From positions 1-35,810 of IMG/VR virus record IMGVR_UViG_2579778748_000004: a stretch of 35,810 nt of DNA. One strand, written 5' to 3'. The position numbers were made by a program, and so were the translations under genes. The notes below the pieces were generated by a model. That model worked only from the letters and a program-made list of their open reading frames with translations, was not told where the DNA came from and ran no database searches. The DNA comes from a virus. Taxonomy: Duplodnaviria; Heunggongvirae; Uroviricota; Caudoviricetes. This document shows positions 19,007 to 28,049 of the stretch, in pieces; positions within the stretch are counted from its first letter, which is position 1, and each line of letters opens with the position of its first letter.

Positions 19007-19750
19007 TTAACTGGCTTTCTTTTTCGGGCGTCCACGTTTTGCCGGTGTCACGCTCCGGGTCTTACGCAGGGCGCGGGTGACCGCTTTTGGCTGCGGCTCC
19101 GGCTTCGGTTTCAGCTCCCGCTCCAGTCGTTCAATCTCTTTTTTGACGCCTGCCTGACAGTCGAGCTGTGTCGCACGTTGCAGGTGCGCCAGCGCCCCTG
19201 CGGCATCACCAGCGTCACGCAGAAACAGACCGGTGATTTTGTGCAGCTTTGCGCGCACTTCATCAGGCATGTCAGCCGTGGCGGTCAGTTCAAGGGTGTC
19301 CGTCAGCAGGCGGGGATCCACAGACTCACCGGCAGCGTGAGCGCGCATGGCCGCGAGTGCGACCTCCTCGGTGAACATGTACGGCGGGGTGCGGCGGTGT
19401 TTACCCGGCATGGTCAGACCGTACTTCAGGGCATAACGGGCAATCTCCAGCGCACCGGCAATATCGCCGGTATCCAGACGCCACAGCATGACCGTCATCA
19501 GAATGTCATCCTGTGCACCTTTGCCCTGCTCCAGCACGCCGTTCACCCACGGCAACCAGAACGGCAGCAGTTCGCGTTTTTTCGCGGCCTTCAGCTCTTT
19601 TGAATAAATCGCTTTCAGTGTGCGCTGGTCTGCGGCCAGCTTGACCAGCATCTGCTCATAGACAGTTGCATGTCGCAGCGGGGCGGCTTCCCGCTGCGCG
19701 GTCATCGCTGCCGAGACCCGCATCATGTGGCGCTGTGCGGGACTCGTCAT
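19007..19750 (-). CDS. M: Terminase small (endonuclease) subunit M
   Basis: 247 aa; basic C-terminal tail; P2 synteny between N and L. Confidence 0.85.
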   Translation of the reverse strand: MTSPAQRHMMRVSAAMTAQREAAPLRHATVYEQMLVKLAADQRTLKAIYSKELKAAKKRELLPFWLPWVNGVLEQGKGAQDDILMTVMLWRLDTGDIAGALEIARYALKYGLTMPGKHRRTPPYMFTEEVALAAMRAHAAGESVDPRLLTDTLELTATADMPDEVRAKLHKITGLFLRDAGDAAGALAHLQRATQLDCQAGVKKEIERLERELKPKPEPQPKAVTRALRKTRSVTPAKRGRPKKKAS

Positions 19751-19753
19751 CGG

Positions 19754-20827
19754 TTACGCTCCCGGCTCTGCGGTCGCTTTAGCCGGTGTGGAGAAATCAC
19801 CGACCTTAATTTTTTCCACCAGACAACCGGCGGCGTAGTCCTCCACCACGTAATCAATATTCATTGACTCGTAGTTCTCCACGCGGTCGAGTTTCGGGTT
19901 TTCCTCAATCACGCGGCGATGGCTGTCATCCATGTAGTAGATGGACAGGTTTTCCAGCTTCGTGATGAGCATCGCATCCGCCGGGAAGTACGGGACGCGT
20001 ACCGCCGGCAAGTTACCGATGCGTTTCTGACTGATGATGACGTCAGCGGCCAGCATTTCGCTGTTGTCCTGCTCCTTGTTGACGATGGGGAAATACTTGT
20101 CCGCCAGTAGCTGACGCCCCACAATCACCACAAGGTCAGGGTCTTCCTGATACCACGGTTCAATCAGGTTGTTGGTCGCATCCATCACCAGTGCATCAAG
20201 GCTGGCATAATCACCGCCCTTACCCACGCGGATGACCTCAGAGGTGGTGTGACCTTCCTCGTCAGTGACCTTGCTCATCACGCGCGCCGGGGCTTCATTG
20301 CGGTATTTCTGCAGCCAGCCGACCGCCACATCCTGCAGCATCGGATTACTGTTGCGGTCAGAGGTTTCGGCACGCTTCACGCCGTTAAAACCGGCCATGA
20401 TGAAATCAAGGGACTGGCGTTTGATAATGGCGTTACGGATACGGAGCTGGAAATCCTGATAACGCGCCCACAGGTCAAGCGTTTTATAGCGGATATAAAA
20501 ATCGAAGTTGATCTGGTCGCATTCGTACTTGTTAGACGCCAGCTTCGAGAAGTCCTTCGGCTGACGCTCGGTGCCACCGGCGGTGTCGGTGGTGCTGGCG
20601 ATGGAGCCGGTGACACCGATACCAATTTTTTCCCCTTTCATTTCGCTGACCGGCACAATGTTGATGCGGGTCAGAAAGTCAGAGGACTCCTGCATGGTGT
20701 TCATCAGGGTCTGGGTGACCGACGGTTCAACGGTGAATTTTTTCGACACATCACCGGCGTCGATGCCGTTCAGTTCGGCAACACGGGACAGGTAGGCATT
20801 AAATTTAAAGCGGGTTTCCTGGCGCAT
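19754..20827 (-). CDS. N: Major capsid protein N
   Basis: 357 aa; P2 synteny. Confidence 0.9.
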   Translation of the reverse strand: MRQETRFKFNAYLSRVAELNGIDAGDVSKKFTVEPSVTQTLMNTMQESSDFLTRINIVPVSEMKGEKIGIGVTGSIASTTDTAGGTERQPKDFSKLASNKYECDQINFDFYIRYKTLDLWARYQDFQLRIRNAIIKRQSLDFIMAGFNGVKRAETSDRNSNPMLQDVAVGWLQKYRNEAPARVMSKVTDEEGHTTSEVIRVGKGGDYASLDALVMDATNNLIEPWYQEDPDLVVIVGRQLLADKYFPIVNKEQDNSEMLAADVIISQKRIGNLPAVRVPYFPADAMLITKLENLSIYYMDDSHRRVIEENPKLDRVENYESMNIDYVVEDYAAGCLVEKIKVGDFSTPAKATAEPGA

Positions 20828-20885
20828 AGTTTTTCCTGAAATTAAGGGTTAATCGTGAAGGTTTTCCCGGACTGACTGACGCCGG

Positions 20886-21740
20886 TCAGCAGTTCGTCAT
20901 CAGGGCGTCACCGCCACCACCGGTGGCCTTGCTGCGGCGCTGCTGGGTCAGACTTTCGGTGTGGTCGAGACTGTTTTTCAGGCGGGTGAATGCCTGGCTG
21001 GTTTCATCCGCCCTGTCAGTCACCTCCTGCTTAAGTGCGGAAAAGGCGGTTTCCATCTCAGCGAGGCGCTGCTCAGTGGCGCTCAGTTTTTCCTGCACAT
21101 GTTCAGCAACAGCGGTCACCGCTTCATGCACGTCATTCAGACGGGCGTCATCGCTGGCCTGTTTGCGGCCAAAAATGGATTTCACCTTTTCGGTCAGGGC
21201 GGTGAACACGGTTTCAGGCAGGTCTTCAAATTCCAGCTCAACGGGAGTTGCCACTGAAATCAGGTTTTCAGGGCTTAATTTGAAGCGGTTCAGGGGGTTG
21301 TGTTTTGCCGTACGGCAGAATTCCAGGTATTCCGTACCGAGGCTTGCCGGGTCATCGGTGACGGCCAGACCCACCAGATAACATTTGCCGGTGTTAGCAA
21401 AATTCGGCTGAATTTCCATTGAGGTGTAGACCTTCTGCGCGGCCTTGTTCATCGCGATAAGGTCATCGGTCGGGGTGATTTTCGCAAACAGCGCCCATTT
21501 GCCTTTCAGCGCCGAATCATCGTCAATCTTTTCGGCCTTCAGTTCGGCCACATCGCCATAACGTTTAAAAATACCGTCAGGCAGGATGCCGCGCAGATGT
21601 TCCAGGTTAATACGGCAACCATAGACACGCGGGTCAAAGGTTTCGGCCATTTCCTGAATATCCTGCGCACTGATGACACGCCCGTCACAGGTGTCACCCT
21701 CAACGCCGATACGAAAGAATTTTGAGACTTTTTTTGCCAT
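20886..21740 (-). CDS. O: Capsid scaffolding protein O
   Basis: 284-aa product from the internal ATG at 21740 (MAKKVSKFFRIGVEGDT…), same length as P2 gpO. Confidence 0.85.
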   Translation of the reverse strand: MAKKVSKFFRIGVEGDTCDGRVISAQDIQEMAETFDPRVYGCRINLEHLRGILPDGIFKRYGDVAELKAEKIDDDSALKGKWALFAKITPTDDLIAMNKAAQKVYTSMEIQPNFANTGKCYLVGLAVTDDPASLGTEYLEFCRTAKHNPLNRFKLSPENLISVATPVELEFEDLPETVFTALTEKVKSIFGRKQASDDARLNDVHEAVTAVAEHVQEKLSATEQRLAEMETAFSALKQEVTDRADETSQAFTRLKNSLDHTESLTQQRRSKATGGGGDALMTNC

Positions 21741-21913
21741 TGTCAGGAGTCCTGAATAGTGATTAGAGGAGTCACATGTCGGCATCAGTTTCCCGACGAT
21801 GCGCATCCTCCGCCATCAGTCCCGGATGGCTTATCACTGATACAACAGCACCTTAGCGAATCGCAGGGCGCGACTCAGTAGCCTTGCCGTGTATTCATCA
21901 CGGCGAGGTATTC

Positions 21914-23686
21914 ATGACCATCACCACAGACACCACTCTTTTACACGACCCGCGTCGTCAGGCGGCGCTGCTGTACTGGCAGGGGTTTTCCGTGCCGCAG
22001 ATTGCCGCCATGTTGCAGATGAAACGCCCGACGGTGCAGAGCTGGAAACAGCGCGACGGCTGGGACAGCGTTGCTCCCATCAGCCGTGTCGAAATGAGTC
22101 TGGAAGCGCGGCTGACCCAGCTCATCATCAAACCGCAGAAAACCGGCGGTGACTTCAAGGAAATTGACCTGCTCGGACGCCAGATTGAACGACTGGCGCG
22201 GGTCAACCGTTACAGCCAGACCGGCAACGAGGCAGACCTTAATCCGAACGTTGCTAACCGCAACAAAGGCGGGCGTCGCAAACCGAAAAAGAATTTTTTC
22301 AGTGACGAGGCCATCGAAAAGCTGGAGCAGATTTTCTTTGAGCAGTCTTTCGAATATCAGTTGCACTGGTATCGCGCAGGGCTTGAGCACCGCATCCGCG
22401 ATATCCTGAAATCCCGCCAGATTGGCGCGACGTTTTATTTTTCCCGCGAGGCGCTGCTGCGCGCCCTGAAAACCGGTCATAACCAGATTTTTCTGTCGGC
22501 CAGTAAAACGCAGGCGTATGTGTTCCGCGAATACATCATCGCCTTTGCCCGGCTGGTTGACGTTGACCTGACCGGTGACCCAATTGTCCTGGGCAATAAC
22601 GGCGCAAAACTGATTTTTCTCGGCACCAACTCCAACACCGCACAGAGCCATAACGGCGACCTGTACGTCGACGAGATTTTCTGGATCCCGAATTTTCAGG
22701 TACTGCGTAAGGTGGCATCAGGTATGGCCTCACAGAGTCACCTGCGCTCGACCTATTTCTCCACCCCGTCCACGCTGGCGCACGACGCCTACCCGTTCTG
22801 GTCGGGTGAACTGTTCAACCGGGGACGCGCCAGCGCCGCCGAACGTGTGGAAATCGACGTCAGTCATAACGCCCTTGCCGGTGGTCTTCTCTGTGCGGAC
22901 GGCCAGTGGCGGCAGATTGTCACCATTGAGGACGCCCTGAAAGGCGGCTGCACATTGTTCGACATTGAGCAGCTCAAACGCGAAAACAGCGCCGACGATT
23001 TTAAAAACCTGTTCATGTGTGAATTTGTTGACGACAAGGCATCGGTGTTCCCGTTTGAGGAGCTGCAACGCTGCATGGTCGACACGCTGGAAGAATGGGA
23101 AGACTATGCGCCGTTTGCCGCCAATCCGTTCGGCTCACGTCCGGTATGGATTGGTTACGACCCGTCACACCGTGGCGACAGCGCCGGATGCGTGGTACTG
23201 GCACCGCCAGTGGTGGCCGGTGGCAAATTCAGAATACTTGAGCGTCACCAGTGGAAAGGCATGGACTTTGCCACTCAGGCGGAATCCATCCGCAAACTCA
23301 CCGAAAAATACAACGTCGAATACATCGGTATTGATGCCACCGGCCTCGGTGTCGGCGTGTTCCAGCTCGTGCGCTCGTTCTATCCCGCCGCGCGCGACAT
23401 CCGCTACACGCCGGAAATGAAAACCGCAATGGTGCTCAAGGCAAAAGACGTCATCCGCCGTGGCTGTCTGGAATATGACGTCAGCGCCACCGACATCACC
23501 AGCTCGTTTATGGCTATCCGCAAGACCATAACCAGCAGCGGACGCAGCGCCACCTATGAGGCCAGCCGCAGCGAGGAAGCCAGCCACGCCGACCTCGCCT
23601 GGGCAACCATGCACGCCCTGTTAAATGAGCCACTCACCGCCGGTATCAGCACCCCGCTGACATCCACCATTCTGGAGTTTTACTGA
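21914..23686 (+). CDS. P: Terminase large (ATPase) subunit P
   Basis: 590-aa product from the ATG at 21914 (MTITTDTTLLHDPRRQAALLYWQGFSVPQIAAML…) with a ribosome-binding site; the ORF-track start at 21884 is a TTG extension; divergent from O as in P2. Confidence 0.85.
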   Translation: MTITTDTTLLHDPRRQAALLYWQGFSVPQIAAMLQMKRPTVQSWKQRDGWDSVAPISRVEMSLEARLTQLIIKPQKTGGDFKEIDLLGRQIERLARVNRYSQTGNEADLNPNVANRNKGGRRKPKKNFFSDEAIEKLEQIFFEQSFEYQLHWYRAGLEHRIRDILKSRQIGATFYFSREALLRALKTGHNQIFLSASKTQAYVFREYIIAFARLVDVDLTGDPIVLGNNGAKLIFLGTNSNTAQSHNGDLYVDEIFWIPNFQVLRKVASGMASQSHLRSTYFSTPSTLAHDAYPFWSGELFNRGRASAAERVEIDVSHNALAGGLLCADGQWRQIVTIEDALKGGCTLFDIEQLKRENSADDFKNLFMCEFVDDKASVFPFEELQRCMVDTLEEWEDYAPFAANPFGSRPVWIGYDPSHRGDSAGCVVLAPPVVAGGKFRILERHQWKGMDFATQAESIRKLTEKYNVEYIGIDATGLGVGVFQLVRSFYPAARDIRYTPEMKTAMVLKAKDVIRRGCLEYDVSATDITSSFMAIRKTITSSGRSATYEASRSEEASHADLAWATMHALLNEPLTAGISTPLTSTILEFY

Positions 23687-24720
23687 TGAGCAAGAAAAAA
23701 GGGAAAACACCGCAACCTGCGGCAAAAACAATGACCGCCAGCGCCCCGAAAATGGAGGCATTCACCTTTGGTGAGCCGGTGCCGGTACTCGACCGCCGTG
23801 ACATTCTGGATTACGTCGAGTGCATCAGTAACGGCAGATGGTATGAGCCACCGGTCAGCTTTACCGGTCTGGCAAAAAGCCTGCGTGCTGCCGTGCATCA
23901 CAGCTCACCGATTTACGTCAAACGTAATATTCTGGCCTCGACATTTATCCCGCATCCGTGGCTTTCCCAGCAGGATTTCAGCCGCTTTGTGCTGGATTTT
24001 CTGGTGTTCGGTAATGCGTTTCTGGAAAAGCGTTACAGCACCACCGGTAAGGTCATCAGGCTGGAAACCTCACCGGCAAAATATACCCGCCGTGGTGTGG
24101 AAGAGGATGTTTACTGGTGGGTGCCGTCCTTCAACGAGCCGACAGCCTTCGCGCCCGGCTCCGTGTTTCACCTGCTGGAGCCGGATATTAATCAGGAGCT
24201 GTACGGCCTGCCGGAATATCTCAGCGCCCTTAATTCTGCCTGGCTGAATGAGTCGGCCACGCTGTTCCGCCGCAAGTATTACGAAAACGGCGCTCATGCC
24301 GGATATATCATGTACGTCACCGATGCCGTGCAGGATCGCAACGATATCGAAATGCTTCGCGAAAACATGGTCAAGTCGAAAGGCCGCAACAACTTTAAAA
24401 ATCTGTTTCTCTATGCCCCGCAGGGGAAAGCCGACGGCATTAAAATTATCCCGCTCAGTGAAGTGGCAACGAAGGACGATTTTTTTAATATCAAAAAAGC
24501 CAGCGCCGCTGACCTGCTGGACGCGCACCGCATCCCCTTTCAGTTGATGGGCGGCAAGCCGGAGAACGTCGGGTCGCTGGGTGATATTGAGAAAGTGGCA
24601 AAGGTCTTTGTCCGCAATGAGCTTATCCCTCTACAGGACAGGATCCGCGAGATAAACGGCTGGCTCGGTCAGGAGGTCATCCGCTTTAAAAACTACTCAC
24701 TGGACACTGACAACGGCTGA
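23686..24720 (+). CDS. Q: Portal protein Q
   Basis: 344 aa; start overlaps the P stop (TGATGA); P2 synteny. Confidence 0.9.
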   Translation: MSKKKGKTPQPAAKTMTASAPKMEAFTFGEPVPVLDRRDILDYVECISNGRWYEPPVSFTGLAKSLRAAVHHSSPIYVKRNILASTFIPHPWLSQQDFSRFVLDFLVFGNAFLEKRYSTTGKVIRLETSPAKYTRRGVEEDVYWWVPSFNEPTAFAPGSVFHLLEPDINQELYGLPEYLSALNSAWLNESATLFRRKYYENGAHAGYIMYVTDAVQDRNDIEMLRENMVKSKGRNNFKNLFLYAPQGKADGIKIIPLSEVATKDDFFNIKKASAADLLDAHRIPFQLMGGKPENVGSLGDIEKVAKVFVRNELIPLQDRIREINGWLGQEVIRFKNYSLDTDNG

Positions 24721-24725
24721 ACATC

Positions 24726-24747
24726 GCCGCCTGCGGGCGGCTTTTTT
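24726..24747 (+). terminator. Intrinsic terminator after Q
   Basis: Hairpin GCCGCC-TGCG-GGCGGC followed by TTTTTT, immediately 3' of the Q stop. Confidence 0.7.
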
Positions 24748-24889
24748 ACACCCCGTCATCACGCCCTCACACGCTCACCACCGCACAAAACACCCCGCAG
24801 ACACACCAACGCCTCAACGGGCAGACTAAGCGCCTTCACGACGCGCTCAGACGCTGAAAAAATAAAATCAGCACCACCGCCAGCGCGCA

Positions 24890-24908
24890 GTGCTTTCCCC
24901 GCCTCGCC
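24890..24908. other. cos site (19-nt cohesive-end sequence)
   Basis: GTGCTTTCCCCGCCTCGCC is the reverse complement of the P2 cohesive end GGCGAGGCGGGGAAAGCAC as I recall it; located between Q and the early region as in P2. Confidence 0.75.
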
Positions 24909-25059
24909 CGCCCGCTTCATAGGTCGGTTTTAATGCAGGTGCATTACCACTTTTGAGGGGCGTCCGTCCTGACGGTGCACAGCCAGAACATGCAACTTAG
25001 GCACATGCAAAACCACGCACATATTGCATGCACTGCTAAAAATAGGAGTATCGCAGAAA

Positions 25060-25096
25060 AAAACACAAAAAAACCGGCATTCATAGTGCCGGTTTT
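25060..25096. terminator. Bidirectional intrinsic terminator
   Basis: Hairpin CCGGCA-TTCATAG-TGCCGG flanked by an A-run on the 5' side and a T-run on the 3' side. Confidence 0.5.
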
Positions 25097-25231
25097 GGCC
25101 AATTTTTAAAGTTGTCACTGGCCGCGCAATGCACCAATCTCACTGTTGACGCACATGTTGACAACAATTAGCAGAACAATCGTGTCCACACATTTTTACA
25201 AACGACACCTAACAGATTGATACAGATCATT

Positions 25232-25426
25232 TTATTTGTTCATTCGAATATAATTCAATAGCATCTTGATGACCTGAGCGAGTTCTACGCTAGTTGCCTG
25301 CGCAACCAGCTTATCGGTATATATGTCAACTTCGCGTGAACTAAGATCATTGTTTTGTGCCAGAGTGGTAATCTGCCTCGTCCAGCGTTTAACCCACTCA
25401 TTATCAAAAGAAATGGAATTTTGCAT
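25232..25426 (-). CDS. Hypothetical small protein (64 aa), divergent from the cargo genes; may be spurious
   Basis: AT-rich ORF whose ATG shares the palindrome CATG with the start of the opposite-strand 145-aa ORF; no convincing ribosome-binding site. Confidence 0.25.
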   Translation of the reverse strand: MQNSISFDNEWVKRWTRQITTLAQNNDLSSREVDIYTDKLVAQATSVELAQVIKMLLNYIRMNK

Positions 25427-25862
25427 GTCGAAAAATCTCGATTTATTTAACCAACAAACGGCGGAAATCTTTGCAGTACTATGGGAAAATTTTCCCGTAC
25501 CACAGGTGATTAACTACGACAAATTTAACGCCGCGCTACCTGATGACTACTTTGACCAACTTAACTCACCAGAAATGAAAGCGTTAAATCAGTTGCGTAG
25601 TGTGGTTGAAGGTACATTCAATTTTCTCTGTGAAAACGGGTACATTCAGTACAACACAGACCATCAGTCGTATTTTTACGATGTTCGACTTACTGAAAAA
25701 GCGCTCACAGTTCTTAACAAAAAACCCGAGGTGCTTGGTGGAAATGAAACGATGGGGGATAAAGTGATCAGTGCGGTGAAAGATGGGACTCCTGGGGTCA
25801 TTGCCGGTGTGATTACAAATCTGCTGACTCACGGCGTTAATCTGGTTGCGTCAGTGTCATAG
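25425..25862 (+). CDS. Hypothetical protein (about 145 aa), first gene of the old/tin-position cargo
   Basis: ORF-track frame 25323..25862; likely starts at the ATG at 25425 (MSKNLDLFNQQ…) or 25413; AT-rich; soluble-looking; no motif I can assign. Confidence 0.6.
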   Translation: MSKNLDLFNQQTAEIFAVLWENFPVPQVINYDKFNAALPDDYFDQLNSPEMKALNQLRSVVEGTFNFLCENGYIQYNTDHQSYFYDVRLTEKALTVLNKKPEVLGGNETMGDKVISAVKDGTPGVIAGVITNLLTHGVNLVASVS

Positions 25863-26024
25863 CCAACGCCCCAAAGAGACTCATTGTCCCTCGTCACACT
25901 ACTTGCTTTTAGTTCTGACGAGATTAAATCCGCTCACAGTGTTTACTGCGGAAAAGTTGCGTTATTATCCATATGATTTAACATCTTGGATTCATGTTAA
26001 TTCACAGTTTAATAAGGATATGGA

Positions 26025-27116
26025 ATGGGTTACGAAATTGATTTTCTAGCTGTTGGCGAAAAAAAAAGCGGCGATGCGATCTGCATCAGATGGGGAAACC
26101 TACATGGTTCAAGAGATGAACAAAAAGTTGTCGTTATTGATGCAGGATATGCCAGCACCGGAGAACAAGTCATTGAGCATATTGAAAAATACTACCGCAC
26201 AAAAACTATTGACTTGCTTATCTCCACACACCCCGATGGTGACCACGTCGGTGGACTTACATCTGTTCTAGAAAATGCAGAAGTAAAAGAGTTTTGGATT
26301 CATAAGCCTTGGGAACATAATCAAGGTCTCGCAAGTGAGTTTGCAGATGGCAGGATAACTGATGCCAGTATTGCAAATCGAATGAAAGAAAACTTACAAA
26401 AAGCTTATGACGCTGTCAAATTAGCGGAAAAAAAAGGAATTGAAATAAAAGAGCCTTTTCAAGGAATGACCTGGGATAATGCTACTCTGGTTGTTATCGG
26501 GCCAACCCAATCTTACTATGAGACTCTAATACCTGATTTCGCAAGAATGCCCAAAAAAGCTGAGGATACAGCTGGATTTGAAGTACTAAAAGCAGTCTTT
26601 GAGTCTGTAGTTGAAAAAACGAAGAAATTTATTGATTACGTTGCTGAATGGTTTACTGATGAAGGTATTGATAATGAAGATACCACCTCGGCACAAAATA
26701 ACTCAAGTGTCATTTTGAAACTTGAGATTGATGGAAGAACGTTAGTGTTCACTGGCGATGCTGGTATAACAGCCTTAGATCAAGCCTCCCAATACATTAA
26801 TAAAGAATCATTAAGATTCATTCAAGTACCTCATCATGGTAGCCGGAGAAATGTAGGCCCTGATGTTCTCGATAAACTTGTTGGTAACATTGTAAATGAA
26901 GGCGAAAAAAGGGAGATAACCGCATTTGTATCATGTGCCCCAGGTTCAGATAAACATCCCCATCAAGCTGTAATTAATGCCTTTACTCGACGAGGAGCGA
27001 AAGTTATCGCCACCGAGGGGCTTGGTAAGTACCATTTTTATAATGCTCCTGAAAGGGCAGGATGGAAAACAGCCACTCCACGATCATACATTAGTAACTA
27101 TAGAACCGAAGAATAA
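26025..27116 (+). CDS. Metallo-beta-lactamase-fold protein, ComEC/Rec2-like, putative nuclease
   Basis: 363 aa with AAGGA ribosome-binding site; motif series VVVIDAGY, THPDGDHVGG (H-x-D-x-D-H), VFTGDAG and VPHHGSR fits the metallo-beta-lactamase fold of the ComEC type as I recall it; AT-rich. Confidence 0.7.
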   Translation: MGYEIDFLAVGEKKSGDAICIRWGNLHGSRDEQKVVVIDAGYASTGEQVIEHIEKYYRTKTIDLLISTHPDGDHVGGLTSVLENAEVKEFWIHKPWEHNQGLASEFADGRITDASIANRMKENLQKAYDAVKLAEKKGIEIKEPFQGMTWDNATLVVIGPTQSYYETLIPDFARMPKKAEDTAGFEVLKAVFESVVEKTKKFIDYVAEWFTDEGIDNEDTTSAQNNSSVILKLEIDGRTLVFTGDAGITALDQASQYINKESLRFIQVPHHGSRRNVGPDVLDKLVGNIVNEGEKREITAFVSCAPGSDKHPHQAVINAFTRRGAKVIATEGLGKYHFYNAPERAGWKTATPRSYISNYRTEE

Positions 27117-27129
27117 TTCAAAAGCTGCC

Positions 27130-27750
27130 TTACGGCAGCTTATTATTAACAGCATTTACTCTATATATTATGTATCTTATTTGTTTAATATATGAGACAA
27201 CAAACAAAATAGCAAAAACCGCCAACGTTATTTTAGATAAGCCATATGTCTCGCCAGTAAACCGTCCTACAACGCACAATGTCGCCAAAAGAATAATTGA
27301 CATTGAAAATATCGTCCTATACATATTCGCAATCTCTTGCAAAGTTTCAATTTTTCCATCCACACCACATGCTGACACATAATCTTTATAAGGAGCAAAC
27401 TTAATCAAACGCGATAGTTTTAAAAAAGGTTCCAATACGATAGAACCAATCCGGCCAATGACTAAGCCAACAAAATAATAGAGGACAACATTTTTTATTA
27501 AATCATCGCCAGATAAAACGATATTCGTCATTCTCTCAAGAAGATAAATAAAAAGAGCACCTGGAAAAAGATTATTAAATATATTATATGACGATATTTT
27601 TTCCCATAAACCATCCATACCAATCACCTTACTACAGTTTAAATCAGAGATCATTTTCATTGAAAAATACATATATAGCAAGAAATCTATAGCGATTCTG
27701 ACATCCAACCTGAGTCTATCAGTAGTTAATCTCTTCAGAAAAGAGTGCAT
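27130..27750 (-). CDS. Hypothetical multi-pass membrane protein (about 206 aa)
   Basis: ORF 27130..27762, with ATG at 27750; four to five hydrophobic helices; very AT-rich; convergent with the MBL-fold gene, stops 13 bp apart. Confidence 0.6.
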   Translation of the reverse strand: MHSFLKRLTTDRLRLDVRIAIDFLLYMYFSMKMISDLNCSKVIGMDGLWEKISSYNIFNNLFPGALFIYLLERMTNIVLSGDDLIKNVVLYYFVGLVIGRIGSIVLEPFLKLSRLIKFAPYKDYVSACGVDGKIETLQEIANMYRTIFSMSIILLATLCVVGRFTGETYGLSKITLAVFAILFVVSYIKQIRYIIYRVNAVNNKLP

Positions 27751-27904
27751 AACGAAAACCAATCACAGGAAATCGGCTATGTAAATTTTCGACCGTCGTA
27801 TATCAATGGTACACCACGCCCCCCACGCTTACATTACTTCTGTGTGATGCCATACTGAGCGAGGTCTATATAAATACTAGTAATTTATCACAAACCTGAT
27901 TTGA

Positions 27905-28049
27905 TCAGCCTCGCGATGGCACAAATGCAAGCGGTTTTAACGGACTTCCGTTTCTTTGCTGACGATTTGGTATTCTCAGACCGTGTTTTAATGCACCTCT
28001 GAGCGCCCTCACGACCGCCGGATCATTCCATTCGATTACCCGTCATCAA
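27905..28049. repeat. Degenerate direct repeat of the A 3' region, copy 1 (spans the A stop codon)
   Basis: About 120 bp at 27931..28049 is roughly 92% identical to 28263..28382 inside A; weaker similarity extends about 25 bp further upstream. Confidence 0.75.

Noticed and set aside
21884-21913. N-terminal extensions in the ORF track (P from TTG at 21884, and similarly C, O, L, X, ogr, lysC, yegR)
   Set aside because: Internal ATGs with ribosome-binding sites give products matching the expected P2 or host protein lengths; the extensions start at weak or non-ATG codons without ribosome-binding sites.
21941-23614. Minus-strand ORFs (236 aa, 149 aa and others) inside terminase gene P
   Set aside because: Antisense to a complete, syntenic 590-aa gene; no independent support.
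24930-25118. 62-aa minus-strand ORF in the cos region
   Set aside because: Lies across the cos-proximal non-coding region and the bidirectional terminator; no ribosome-binding site.
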